Below are positions 1 to 9,383 of a stretch of DNA of 64,000 nucleotides, piece after piece. The translations under genes and the position numbers were made by a program. Origin of the DNA: Flavobacteriales bacterium (lineage in GTDB: Bacteria > Bacteroidota > Bacteroidia > Flavobacteriales_E > Vicingaceae); assembly GCA_013359255.1 (NCBI GenBank), contig JABWCF010000015.1:26-64025 (forward strand). Reading direction: 5' to 3'. The notes under the pieces are model-generated. The model did not search any database and was not told the origin of the DNA. It worked only from the letters and a program-made list of their open reading frames with translations. How positions within the stretch are numbered: position 1 is the stretch's first letter; each line of letters starts with the position of its first letter.

Positions 1-16
1 TTAATCTAAAAAAGAC

Positions 17-244
17 ATGAAAAAGTTCTTATCAATGATTATGATTGCAGGTCTATTTTCAATGGTAGCTTGTGGTCCTTCTGAAGAAGAAAAAGCGGCT
101 GCTGAGGCTGAAGCTGAAAGACTTACTAACGAATTAATGCAATCGTTAGATCAGGCTGTTGAAGAATCTGAAGCTACTGCTGAAGAAGCTACAACAGAAG
201 AAGCTCCTGCTGAAGAAGCTCCTGCTGAAGAAGCTACAAAATAA
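17..244 (+). CDS. small acidic Ala/Glu-rich lipoprotein
   Basis: Signal peptide with lipobox (MVAC); low-complexity EEA(P/T)A repeats; followed by a terminator. Confidence 0.75.
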   Translation: MKKFLSMIMIAGLFSMVACGPSEEEKAAAEAEAERLTNELMQSLDQAVEESEATAEEATTEEAPAEEAPAEEATK

Positions 245-266
245 ATTTTTAGTAAAAAGTTTATTT

Positions 267-297
267 AAAGGCCTCCGAATTTCGGGGGCCTTTTTAT
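267..297. terminator. bidirectional intrinsic terminator
   Basis: AAAGGCCTCCGAA-T-TTCGGGGGCCTTT hairpin plus T tract between convergent genes. Confidence 0.8.
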
Positions 298-1919
298 TTT
301 GATAAAAGTTTAACGGTTTCTTTTATCATTATGTCTTCTTCGTTTAATACAGAATATAAACCTTCTTCTTTCCACAAATAGCGGGCAATATGAGCTTTAA
401 TTCGGTTTTGTATGATTTTTTTAGACAGTTTAATTTCGTTCTCGGTTTTAGAGACACCCAACTCTTCGGCATATTTATAAAAACTAAGTAAAACAGGCTC
501 GTTTACCTGAAAGAGTTTTTTAAAATCGTTCAAATTTTTATACATACTTAGTTTCTTTTTTTCTTTTTCCATGTAATAGAAAGCAAATTCTTGAAATACG
601 GCATTGCCATGCAAGTTAGATAAGTACATAGTATACCCAATCGTATCAATCGGAACAAAATAATCCGGCATAATACCTCCTCCGCCATACACTACTTTTC
701 CTTTTGGAGTAAAGAACTTTAGCGAGTCGGGATATTTAATACTATCAACCGAGAACAATTCTCCTTTTTCCATTCGTATATAGGTTTCGTGTCGGTAGTT
801 ATCGAGTCCGTCATTATAGGGTTTTTGTATGTTTCTTCCGGCAGGGGTGTAATATCGTGCTACCGTTAAGCGTATGGCAGAATGGTCCGGAAATTCTATT
901 TGTTCCTGCACAAGTCCTTTTCCAAACGAGCGTCTGCCAATAATGATACCCCGATCGTTATCTTGAATAGCTCCGGCCAAGATTTCACTTGCCGATGCCG
1001 AATTTTCGTTTATCAAAACAGCGAGTGGCAAATCGTGGTAATTTCCTTTAGAAGTGGCAAGATAAGCTTCTTTATTTCGTTTTCTGCCTTTGGTATAAAC
1101 AATCATTTTCCGTTGATCTAAAAATTCATCGGCAATCTCTATGGCTGCGTTCATTACTCCTCCGCCATTATTACGGAGGTCAATAATCATTTTTTCCATG
1201 CCTTTGTTTTTAAGATTTTCGGCTGCTTCTAAAAATTCGAAATAGGTATTTTTGGCAAACTTGTTTATTTTAATATACCCGATTTTTGGGGCAATCATAT
1301 AGGATGCATCAATACTGTAAATAGGTATTTTATCTCGTTTTATAGTAAAAAAAAGCGTTTCGCTTTTCATTTTTCGAAGTACGCCTATTTTAACATTGGT
1401 GCCTCTGGGGCCTTTCAGCAATTTCATTACTTTTTCGTTGGTGATGTTATGGCCGGCAATAACCGAATCGTTGGCTAAAATAATTTTATCGCCCGAAAGC
1501 AATCCTGCTTTTTCAGAAGGTCCTCCGCCAATGGTTGAAATAACGGTTACTGTATCATTGATAATACGAAATTCAATACCTATTCCTTCAAAATTTCCTT
1601 CCAGCGGTTCGTTTGCTTCATCAAATTCGGCAGGTGGTATGTAATACGAGTGAGGGTCGAGACTTTGTAAAATATCATTAAAACTTTTTTCTAGCAGTTG
1701 ATTTTTATTAATGGTATCAACATAGGCTTCTTCAACAAAATGGAGCAATTCGTTCAGTTTATTTAATCCGGAAATTTTTTGTTCTTTGGTAGGAAAGAAA
1801 AAAGATTCCGATTGTGGTTGGGTAATTAGTGTGCCTAAATAAAGGGAAACGGCCATTACGAAGGCAAGAAGAATGGGCATTAATACCGACTGGTAATTGA
1901 ATTTTTTGCGGTCTTCCAT
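294..1919 (-). CDS. S41 family carboxyl-terminal processing protease (PDZ + S41)
   Basis: GIGIEF PDZ motif, DLRNNGGG, SASASEI catalytic Ser, GRRSFGKG. Confidence 0.92.
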   Translation of the reverse strand: MEDRKKFNYQSVLMPILLAFVMAVSLYLGTLITQPQSESFFFPTKEQKISGLNKLNELLHFVEEAYVDTINKNQLLEKSFNDILQSLDPHSYYIPPAEFDEANEPLEGNFEGIGIEFRIINDTVTVISTIGGGPSEKAGLLSGDKIILANDSVIAGHNITNEKVMKLLKGPRGTNVKIGVLRKMKSETLFFTIKRDKIPIYSIDASYMIAPKIGYIKINKFAKNTYFEFLEAAENLKNKGMEKMIIDLRNNGGGVMNAAIEIADEFLDQRKMIVYTKGRKRNKEAYLATSKGNYHDLPLAVLINENSASASEILAGAIQDNDRGIIIGRRSFGKGLVQEQIEFPDHSAIRLTVARYYTPAGRNIQKPYNDGLDNYRHETYIRMEKGELFSVDSIKYPDSLKFFTPKGKVVYGGGGIMPDYFVPIDTIGYTMYLSNLHGNAVFQEFAFYYMEKEKKKLSMYKNLNDFKKLFQVNEPVLLSFYKYAEELGVSKTENEIKLSKKIIQNRIKAHIARYLWKEEGLYSVLNEEDIMIKETVKLLSK

Positions 1920-2353
1920 TATGGTTCTGGTATTTGCACTATTTCTATACCTGCTTCATTTAAAAAGGCTAATCCGGCATCATCTTTATATCCTTTTACA
2001 TACACTAAACGATGAATACCGGCTTGCAACACTAATTTGCTACACTCTTTGCAAGGCGAAAGGGTTATATAAAGAGTGGCCCCTTTGGCACTTTGAGTAG
2101 AGCGGGCTACTTTCATAATAGCATTGGCTTCGGCATGCAGAACGTACCAGTGGGTTTCTCCGTTTTCGTCTTCGCAGCAATTATTAAACCCGGTAGGCGT
2201 ACCGTTGTAGCCATCAGAAATAATCATATTCTCTTTAACAATGAGAGCCCCAACTTGTTTGCGTTTGCAGTGCGAAAGTTTGGCCCATTCCAGAGCCATT
2301 TTAAGATAAGCCCTATCGTATCGTTCTTGTTTTTCGGAATTAGAAATACCCAT
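1919..2353 (-). CDS. dCMP deaminase (ComEB family)
   Basis: HAEANA and SPCKEC zinc motifs; GYNGTP. Confidence 0.92.
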   Translation of the reverse strand: MGISNSEKQERYDRAYLKMALEWAKLSHCKRKQVGALIVKENMIISDGYNGTPTGFNNCCEDENGETHWYVLHAEANAIMKVARSTQSAKGATLYITLSPCKECSKLVLQAGIHRLVYVKGYKDDAGLAFLNEAGIEIVQIPEP

Positions 2354-2440
2354 GCAGCGAAATTAGTAAATGCCACCGATAAACGAAGAGATAAATTTTA
2401 AAGGTATTTTCAACATTTTTACCATATTTTTGAACCCAGA

Positions 2441-3415
2441 ATGGGAAAACTTGAACAGATAAAAGCACCGGTAGCAGAACAAATGGATGGCTTTGAAGAT
2501 TGGTTTCGCCAATCGATGAAAAGCAATGTAGCCTTGCTGGATAAAATAACGCACTATATTGTGAAGCGAAAAGGGAAACAAATTCGCCCCTTATTCGTTT
2601 TTCTTTCGGCCAAGTTGCACGGGCAACCCGGAGAGTCTTCTTTTACAGCCGCTTCGCTTATAGAATTACTGCATACTGCTACATTGGTGCACGATGATGT
2701 GGTGGACGATGCCCACCTCCGCAGAGGTTTTTTTTCGGTCAATGCACTTTGGAAAAATAAAATTGCTGTACTGGTAGGCGACTATCTTCTATCTAAAGGC
2801 CTTTTGCTTTCCGTTGATAAAAAAGAATACCGCTTGTTACAAATCGTTTCCAATTCTGTACGCGAAATGAGCGAGGGAGAATTGCTGCAAATTGAAAAAG
2901 CTCGCAGATTAGATATTAAAGAACCTATTTATTTCGAAATTATTCGTCAAAAAACCGCTTCCCTTATTGCCTCGTGTTGTGCCTGCGGGGCAGCTTCGGT
3001 AAGTGCTTCCGATGAAGTAGTAGAAAAAATGAGGCTTTTTGGTGAATATGTGGGTATTGCCTTTCAAATAAAAGACGATTTATTCGATTACGGCTCCGAT
3101 ATAAGTATTGGCAAACCTACCGGAATAGATATTAAAGAAAAAAAAATGACACTGCCTCTCATTTATGCACTTAATCAAGCCCCTTCTTCCGAAAAAAGAA
3201 AAATTATAAACATGGTAAAAAACCACAATCAAAATCCGAAAAAAGTAAAAGAGGTTATTCAATATGTTATTAAAAGCGGAGGTATTGAGTACACCCGAAA
3301 CAAAATGTTGGAATATCGGAATAAAGCCATCGAATTGCTTCTTACTTTTCCGCAAAACGAAGCCCGTAATTCTTTACAGGATTTAGTTAATTATACAGTA
3401 GAAAGAGTAAAATAA
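2441..3415 (+). CDS. polyprenyl (octaprenyl-type) diphosphate synthase
   Basis: GKQIRP, HDDVVD (FARM), FQIKDDLFD (SARM), KTASL. Confidence 0.92.
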   Translation: MGKLEQIKAPVAEQMDGFEDWFRQSMKSNVALLDKITHYIVKRKGKQIRPLFVFLSAKLHGQPGESSFTAASLIELLHTATLVHDDVVDDAHLRRGFFSVNALWKNKIAVLVGDYLLSKGLLLSVDKKEYRLLQIVSNSVREMSEGELLQIEKARRLDIKEPIYFEIIRQKTASLIASCCACGAASVSASDEVVEKMRLFGEYVGIAFQIKDDLFDYGSDISIGKPTGIDIKEKKMTLPLIYALNQAPSSEKRKIINMVKNHNQNPKKVKEVIQYVIKSGGIEYTRNKMLEYRNKAIELLLTFPQNEARNSLQDLVNYTVERVK

Positions 3416-3837
3416 TGAACCCCGTTTTTATCATTGGCATCTTAGCCATACTGTTCGTTTCCTGCAACCAGGAAGTAGAGGTAATTGAGGAAATATACCC
3501 CAACCAGCAACCACAAAAAGTAGTGGTGTATAAAAACGCTTCGGGTACAAAAGAAAAACTTAAAGAAACCGAATATTACCAAGATGGAAAAGTGAAAATG
3601 AAAGGTAGTTTAAAAAATAATAAACGCCATGGAAAGAGGGAATACTATTATCCCTCCGGCAATATGTGGAGCATTTGCCATTACAACGAAGGGGCTAAAC
3701 ATGGCGAAACCATTGTATATTACGAAAACGAAATAAAGCGATACGAAGGCGAGTATCTAAACGATGCCAAAGCGGGTACCTGGCGATTTTACAGCGAACG
3801 GGGCGAATTAATGAAAGAAGAAAAAATTTATCCCTAA
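3415..3837 (+). CDS. MORN-variant repeat lipoprotein
   Basis: Lipobox FVSC; repeated Y-Y-x-x-G...G-x-(K/R)-H-G units. Confidence 0.75.
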   Translation: MNPVFIIGILAILFVSCNQEVEVIEEIYPNQQPQKVVVYKNASGTKEKLKETEYYQDGKVKMKGSLKNNKRHGKREYYYPSGNMWSICHYNEGAKHGETIVYYENEIKRYEGEYLNDAKAGTWRFYSERGELMKEEKIYP

Positions 3838-3880
3838 GCTCGTTTTACTTTCGTAAATTAGTCATTCATTTTTTACATTC

Positions 3881-5833
3881 TTGATTTCAAAAAACGATAT
3901 AGACAAAATTTTTGAAGCCGCACTCATAGAAGAAGTTGTAGGCGATTTTGTGGTACTGAAAAAAAGAGGCACCAACCTACTTGGCCTATGCCCTTTTCAT
4001 AACGAAAAAACCCCCTCTTTTACGGTTTCTCCCGCCAAAGGAATTTATAAATGTTTTGGCTGCGGAAAAGCCGGAAATTCGGTAAACTTTGTAATGGAAC
4101 ACGAACATTACTCTTACCCCGAAGCACTTAAATACCTAGCCCGAAAATACAACATAGAAATAGAAGAGGCCGAAGCCACTCCTGAACAACTCATTGAAGA
4201 AAATACCAAAGAAAGTTTAATGGTAGTAAGCCATTTTGCCTGGCAGTTTTTTACCGAAAGGCTTCACCATACCGATGAAGGAAAATCGGTGGGTTTAAGT
4301 TACCTGAGGCAACGCGGATTCCGAGACGACATCATTGAAAAATTTGGCTTAGGCTACAGCCCCGATGCACGCGATGCACTCTATACTTCGGCTGTTTCGG
4401 TAGGGCATAACCCATCTTTTTTAGAAAAAACCGGTTTGTGTATTAAAAAAGAAACCGCGTACATCGACCGTTTCCGGGCAAGAGTTATTTTTCCCATTCA
4501 TAACCAAACAGGGCGAGTAATAGGTTTTGGAGGTAGGGCGTTAAAAAAAGAAGAAAAAGCAAAATACATCAACTCGCCCGAATCGGAAATTTACAACAAA
4601 AGCAAGGTATTGTACGGATTGTTTTTTGCTAAAAAATCAATCATAGTCAACAACAACTGCTTTTTGGTAGAAGGCTACACCGATGTGATTTCTTTTGTGC
4701 AGGCAGGAATAGAAAACGTAGTTTCTTCTTCGGGCACTTCGCTTACTACCGAACAAATTCGCCTTATTAAACGCTTTACAAATAATATTACCATTTTATA
4801 CGATGGCGATGCTGCCGGCATTAAAGCCTCTTTCAGAGGAATAGATATGATTTTGGAAGAGGGAATGAATGTGCGCGTAGTACTTTTTCCAGATGGCAAC
4901 GACCCCGATTCGTACGCACGCATGGTTTCTACCGAAGAGTTAAAAAAATACATTACCGAAAACACTCAAGATTTTATTCGTTTTAAAACAAACATTCTCA
5001 ACGCAGATGTTGCAAACGATCCTATTAAAAAAAGCGAATTAATAAAAGATATTGTTACTTCCGTTTCTTGCATTCCCGATCCAATTTACCGATCGGTATA
5101 CATTAAAGAATGTGCTTCATTACTGCAAGCCGAAGAGCAGGCTTTACTCAGTACATTAAACCGAATAAGAAAAGAGCGTATCAATAAAAAAGTAAAACAA
5201 CAAGGTAGCAATGAACTAGAAGAACTGCCCGATACCTTTGTTCCGGTTACTACCCCTGCAAATGATGGCGAACCCGAAAACCATATTCTCGAAAAAGATT
5301 TAATTCGTATTCTTTTAAGTTACGGGCACAAAAACATTACCATAGAAAAGACTGACGAAAGAGGGTTGCCTGCTAAATTTGAATTGCCGGTAGCTCATTA
5401 CATCATTAACGATTTAACGAATGATGAGATTGAATTAGCCCATACCCTTTACAGCAAAATGTTTTGCGAGTACAAATCGTTTACCGAACAAAACAAACTT
5501 CCGAGCGAACATTATTTTACGCAACACCCAGATGCCGATATATGTACTGCAGCAGTAAATATTATTTCTCAGCCCTACCGCCTAAGTGATAAATGGGAGA
5601 AAAAAAATATTTTTGTGGTAACCGAAGAAGACATGCTTCACAAAACCGTTCATCAGGTATTGTACGCACTTAAGTTAAAGGAGATAAACAAAATGCTAAA
5701 AGATATCGAAATAGAAATAAAAAATACAAGTAACGAAGAAGCGTTGTTTGAGCTTTTAAACAAATACAAATCAATAAAAGATATTCAACAAGAATTGGCA
5801 GAGGCTTTGGGTGGAAGAATTATTTTAAAATGA
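3881..5833 (+). CDS. dnaG: DNA primase
   Basis: CPFHNEKTPSF...CFGC zinc finger, KYINSPES, VEGYTDV and YDGDAAG TOPRIM motifs; TTG start. Confidence 0.97.
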   Translation: MISKNDIDKIFEAALIEEVVGDFVVLKKRGTNLLGLCPFHNEKTPSFTVSPAKGIYKCFGCGKAGNSVNFVMEHEHYSYPEALKYLARKYNIEIEEAEATPEQLIEENTKESLMVVSHFAWQFFTERLHHTDEGKSVGLSYLRQRGFRDDIIEKFGLGYSPDARDALYTSAVSVGHNPSFLEKTGLCIKKETAYIDRFRARVIFPIHNQTGRVIGFGGRALKKEEKAKYINSPESEIYNKSKVLYGLFFAKKSIIVNNNCFLVEGYTDVISFVQAGIENVVSSSGTSLTTEQIRLIKRFTNNITILYDGDAAGIKASFRGIDMILEEGMNVRVVLFPDGNDPDSYARMVSTEELKKYITENTQDFIRFKTNILNADVANDPIKKSELIKDIVTSVSCIPDPIYRSVYIKECASLLQAEEQALLSTLNRIRKERINKKVKQQGSNELEELPDTFVPVTTPANDGEPENHILEKDLIRILLSYGHKNITIEKTDERGLPAKFELPVAHYIINDLTNDEIELAHTLYSKMFCEYKSFTEQNKLPSEHYFTQHPDADICTAAVNIISQPYRLSDKWEKKNIFVVTEEDMLHKTVHQVLYALKLKEINKMLKDIEIEIKNTSNEEALFELLNKYKSIKDIQQELAEALGGRIILK

Positions 5834-5840
5834 GGAGTAA

Positions 5841-7631
5841 GTGGAAATAAAGAATAACAAGTCCAACCACCACTACATAAAAAAATTTTTAAAATGGAGA
5901 TTACGGTACATTAAAGACCGGGAATTTATTTTTATAATTAGTATTTTAGTGGGCCTTATTGCCGGTATTGCTGCCGTGATTATTAAAAATGCGGTTCACT
6001 TTACACAGTTTTTACTTACCGGTTTTTTTGTAAAAGAATACCAAAATTTTCCTTACTTTTTTTATCCTATTGTAGGAATTTTGATTGCACTTCTTTTTGC
6101 CCGCTTTGTCATTCGTCAGAAATTAGGACACGGAATTCCCAATACCTTATACGCCATATCTAAACGAAAAAGCATTATTCCACCCTTTGCTATGTACGCC
6201 TCTATTGTTACCAGTGCGTTTACGGTGGGTTTTGGAGGTTCTGTAGGTTTAGAAGGCCCTACGGTTGCCACCGGCAGTGCATTGGGCTCTAACATTGCAA
6301 AATTTTTGCGTTTAAATTATAAAGCAACCACCTTGCTGTTAGCCTGTGGAGCAGCCGGTGCTATATCGGGTATTTTTAATTCACCCATTGCCGCTATTAT
6401 TTTTTGTATCGAAGTGTTTATGCTCGATTTAACGATGTCATCGCTTATACCTTTACTTATTTCATCGGCTACAGCGGGTTTAACCTCTCGATTAATACTA
6501 GGAGAAAACGTGTTGTTTAATATAACCACCCATCATGCTTTTCAAATTCAAAATATTCCGTTCTATATTTTATTGGGCATTTTTACCGGATTACTTTCTG
6601 TTTACTTTGTTAAAGTATATTGGAAAATGGAAAATGTATTCGAACGTATTTCAAATCAATATTTCAAACTCGTGGTATTTGGCAGTTTATTAGGCGTACT
6701 TATTTTTTTAATTCCCCCATTATATGGCGAAGGATACGATGTGATAAATAAGCTGATAAACGGTAACTTTTCAGAGATTGTAGATAACAGTATTTTTTAT
6801 CAGTTTAAAGAAAACACCCCTATTTTGCTGCTCCTATTGTTTGGAATTGTATTGCTTAAAGTGGTAGCCTCTTCGCTTACCTTTGGGGCCGGTGGTGTAG
6901 GCGGAATTTTTGCCCCCTCTTTATTTACGGGGGCTACCGCAGGCTTCGTTTTTTCTAAGGCCATAAACCATTGGGGGCATATTCAGTTACCGGTTTCTAA
7001 TTTTACCTTAGTGGGCATGGCCGGATTAATTGCCGGAGTATTACATGCCCCTTTAACCGGATTATTTCTTATTGCAGAAGTTACAGGAAGTTACAGCCTT
7101 ATGATACCGCTTATGATTACGGTGGCTATTTCGTATTTTACGGTAAACTATTTCGAGCCCCACTCTATTTACACCAAGCACCTTGCAAAGCGAGGCGAGT
7201 TAATTACACATAATAAAGACCAAGCGGTATTAACGCTTATGAACGTACGGTCCGAAATAGAAACCGATTTTTTATCTGTTAAAGTTTCCGATAGTTTAGG
7301 CGATTTAATAAATACGATTTCTCGTTCCAAAAGAAATATTTTTCCGGTTTTGGATAATGAAAAACTGGTTGGCACCATTCAGTTAGATGATGTTCGCGAT
7401 ATTATGTTCAACCCCGATAATTACAATAAATACTGGGTAGAAAATTTAATGACATTACCTCCGGCTATTGTTTATTCTGATGAAAACATGGAACAGGTAA
7501 TGCAAAAATTTCAGGAAACCGAAGCGTGGAGTTTGCCGGTTGTTGAAAATGGAAGATACATAGGCTTTGTTTCTAAGGCAAAGCTTTTTAATGCATACAG
7601 AAGGGTGCTGAAGGATTTTTCGAATACATAA
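5841..7631 (+). CDS. ClC chloride channel/transporter with CBS domains
   Basis: GHGIP, GGSVGLEGP, GGIFAP motifs; C-terminal CBS pair. Confidence 0.93.
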   Translation: MEIKNNKSNHHYIKKFLKWRLRYIKDREFIFIISILVGLIAGIAAVIIKNAVHFTQFLLTGFFVKEYQNFPYFFYPIVGILIALLFARFVIRQKLGHGIPNTLYAISKRKSIIPPFAMYASIVTSAFTVGFGGSVGLEGPTVATGSALGSNIAKFLRLNYKATTLLLACGAAGAISGIFNSPIAAIIFCIEVFMLDLTMSSLIPLLISSATAGLTSRLILGENVLFNITTHHAFQIQNIPFYILLGIFTGLLSVYFVKVYWKMENVFERISNQYFKLVVFGSLLGVLIFLIPPLYGEGYDVINKLINGNFSEIVDNSIFYQFKENTPILLLLLFGIVLLKVVASSLTFGAGGVGGIFAPSLFTGATAGFVFSKAINHWGHIQLPVSNFTLVGMAGLIAGVLHAPLTGLFLIAEVTGSYSLMIPLMITVAISYFTVNYFEPHSIYTKHLAKRGELITHNKDQAVLTLMNVRSEIETDFLSVKVSDSLGDLINTISRSKRNIFPVLDNEKLVGTIQLDDVRDIMFNPDNYNKYWVENLMTLPPAIVYSDENMEQVMQKFQETEAWSLPVVENGRYIGFVSKAKLFNAYRRVLKDFSNT

Positions 7632-7685
7632 CACCGCATATTGTTAATAAGATGTTAATGTGGGTTTGTGTGGGTTTAGGTTTTG

Positions 7686-7693
7686 TATTTTTG
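7686..7693 (+). promoter_or_regulatory. Bacteroidota-type -7 box (TATTTTTG) with TTTG at 7665
   Basis: Matches TAnnTTTG with an upstream TTTG; no ORF before the next terminator. Confidence 0.4.
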
Positions 7694-7744
7694 GTAGCAT
7701 TAAAGAAATTAGTTCTTTATTAGATTAAGGTTGTTGAATAGTAG

Positions 7745-7775
7745 AAAGGCGTACAATGTACGCCTTTTGTTTTTA
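7745..7775 (+). terminator. intrinsic terminator
   Basis: AAAGGCGTACA-A-TGTACGCCTTT perfect inverted repeat followed by T-rich tail. Confidence 0.75.
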
Positions 7776-7985
7776 CGCTTATTTGTATTTTACGACCGTT
7801 TAATGTCTCAAAACGACCCATTATTAATTGATACGATTATTTTTTATGCCGACCATTAACTTTATTGCATCGTTCTTCTTCATAGTCCACCTTTTTAGTA
7901 TTTAGCTTTTTTAGAGAAAAGGTTAAACAGGTAATAATAAGCCCCTCCTATTCCGAGGGGTTTATTATTTTTACAAAAAAAATAA

Positions 7986-8753
7986 ATGGCAAAAAAAATA
8001 ATTTTCATTACCGGGGCTACTTCGGGCTTCGGAAAAGCTATGGCCGAAATATTTGCCCAAAACGGACACGATGTAATTATTACCGGACGCAGAAACGAAA
8101 GGCTTATTGAACTTAAAAATACTTTGCAAAATAAATTCAATGTAAAAGTGTTATCGCTTTGTTTCGATGTGAGAAACCAAAAAGAGGTGGCAGAAAATAT
8201 TCAAAACCTTTCTGCTGAATGGAAAGCCATAGATGTACTCATTAACAATGCCGGATTAGCCAGCGGATTAGATAAAATTCAAAACGGAATATTAAGCGAT
8301 TGGGAAAAAATGATTGATACCAACATGAAGGGCTTACTTTATGTTTCGAAAGAAGTGATACCCTTAATGATACAACGTAAAAAAGGACACATCATAAACA
8401 TTGGTTCTACGGCCGGAAAAGAAGTGTACGAAAAAGGCAATGTGTATTGTGCCACCAAACATGCCGTAGATGCAATAAGCAAAGCCATGCGCATAGATTT
8501 GTTGGAGCACGGAATAAAAGTATCACAAATTTGCCCGGGGGCGGCCGAAACCGAATTTTCGATGGTGCGTTTTAGTGGCGATACCGAAAGAGCCAAACAA
8601 GTATACAATGGCTATAAACCACTTACCGCCAAAGATGTGGCTGAGGTAGCTTATTTTGTAACGGCATTGCCACAACATGTGTGTATCAACGATTTGGTAA
8701 TGACTTCTACCGCTCAGGCAAACAGCACTTCTATTCTTAGAAACAGCAAGTAA
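7986..8753 (+). CDS. SDR family NAD(P)-dependent oxidoreductase (YdfG-like)
   Basis: TGATSGFG, NNAG, YCATK catalytic motif. Confidence 0.93.
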   Translation: MAKKIIFITGATSGFGKAMAEIFAQNGHDVIITGRRNERLIELKNTLQNKFNVKVLSLCFDVRNQKEVAENIQNLSAEWKAIDVLINNAGLASGLDKIQNGILSDWEKMIDTNMKGLLYVSKEVIPLMIQRKKGHIINIGSTAGKEVYEKGNVYCATKHAVDAISKAMRIDLLEHGIKVSQICPGAAETEFSMVRFSGDTERAKQVYNGYKPLTAKDVAEVAYFVTALPQHVCINDLVMTSTAQANSTSILRNSK

Positions 8754-8815
8754 TTTGTTTTTATTTATTTAAATAATATATTTACTACTTGTAAATAAAA
8801 TCTCATAAATATTCT

Positions 8816-8879
8816 CTTATCTATACTAAAAAGTAAGGATTGGGGAATGTTTATGGCGAGTATAGGTAAGTTACCACCA
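8816..8879 (+). other. left anchor of the cassette array (target half-site, crossover G8870|TT)
   Basis: GTTACCACCA at 8870 is the reverse complement of TGGTGGTAAC at 13423. An 11/12 inverted repeat (8816-8827 / 8859-8870) ends at the crossover G. Confidence 0.7.
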
Positions 8880-9094
8880 ATGGTATTAAAGACAGTGCAA
8901 AATGACTAACATTGGACACAATGTAACGGACAATTCAGTAATGAAACTTACGAGCAGACATAGTAACGGGCGACACGCAAGCCGACCAAAACAAGATTTA
9001 ATATTTGCTCCACCGCACGACAAAAAAATAAAAAAAGAAAAGGGACAACCCCCGCTAAATTTTTTGTCAGGGTTTTTGTGCCCCGCTTCGTTTA

Positions 9095-9178
9095 GCACAT
9101 TTGCAAGTCGTGCATTTTTGTTTTTAGGAAAATTTAAAAACAAAAAGTGCACGCCCTTCGGGAAATTTGCAAAAGAGC
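9095..9178. repeat. CACATT...AAAGAG hairpin motif (X1, leader of cassette 1)
   Basis: GCACATTTGC...GCAAAAGAGC with an inner TGCA...TGCA stem. Confidence 0.6.
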
Positions 9179-9383
9179 TGAACTCCACCCGCAAAACAAA
9201 AACACCCGCCAAAAAATTTTCCTTCGCTCCTACTTCGTGGAATGTTTTGTGCCTATTAATAAATCAAACCACTCTTTATTTCAATGACTCCTAATAAATC
9301 GATTAAGGATTTAGCAAAATATATATCCTTTTATTGAAACATAAAATCAACTTCAAATTCACATTTTAAAAATTTAAAATACA

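Noticed and set aside
8886-9294. ORFs 8902-9294 (+) and 8886-9212 (-)
   Set aside because: They overlie the non-coding leader of cassette 1, including the hairpin motif. The translations are K/R/F-rich with no domain features.
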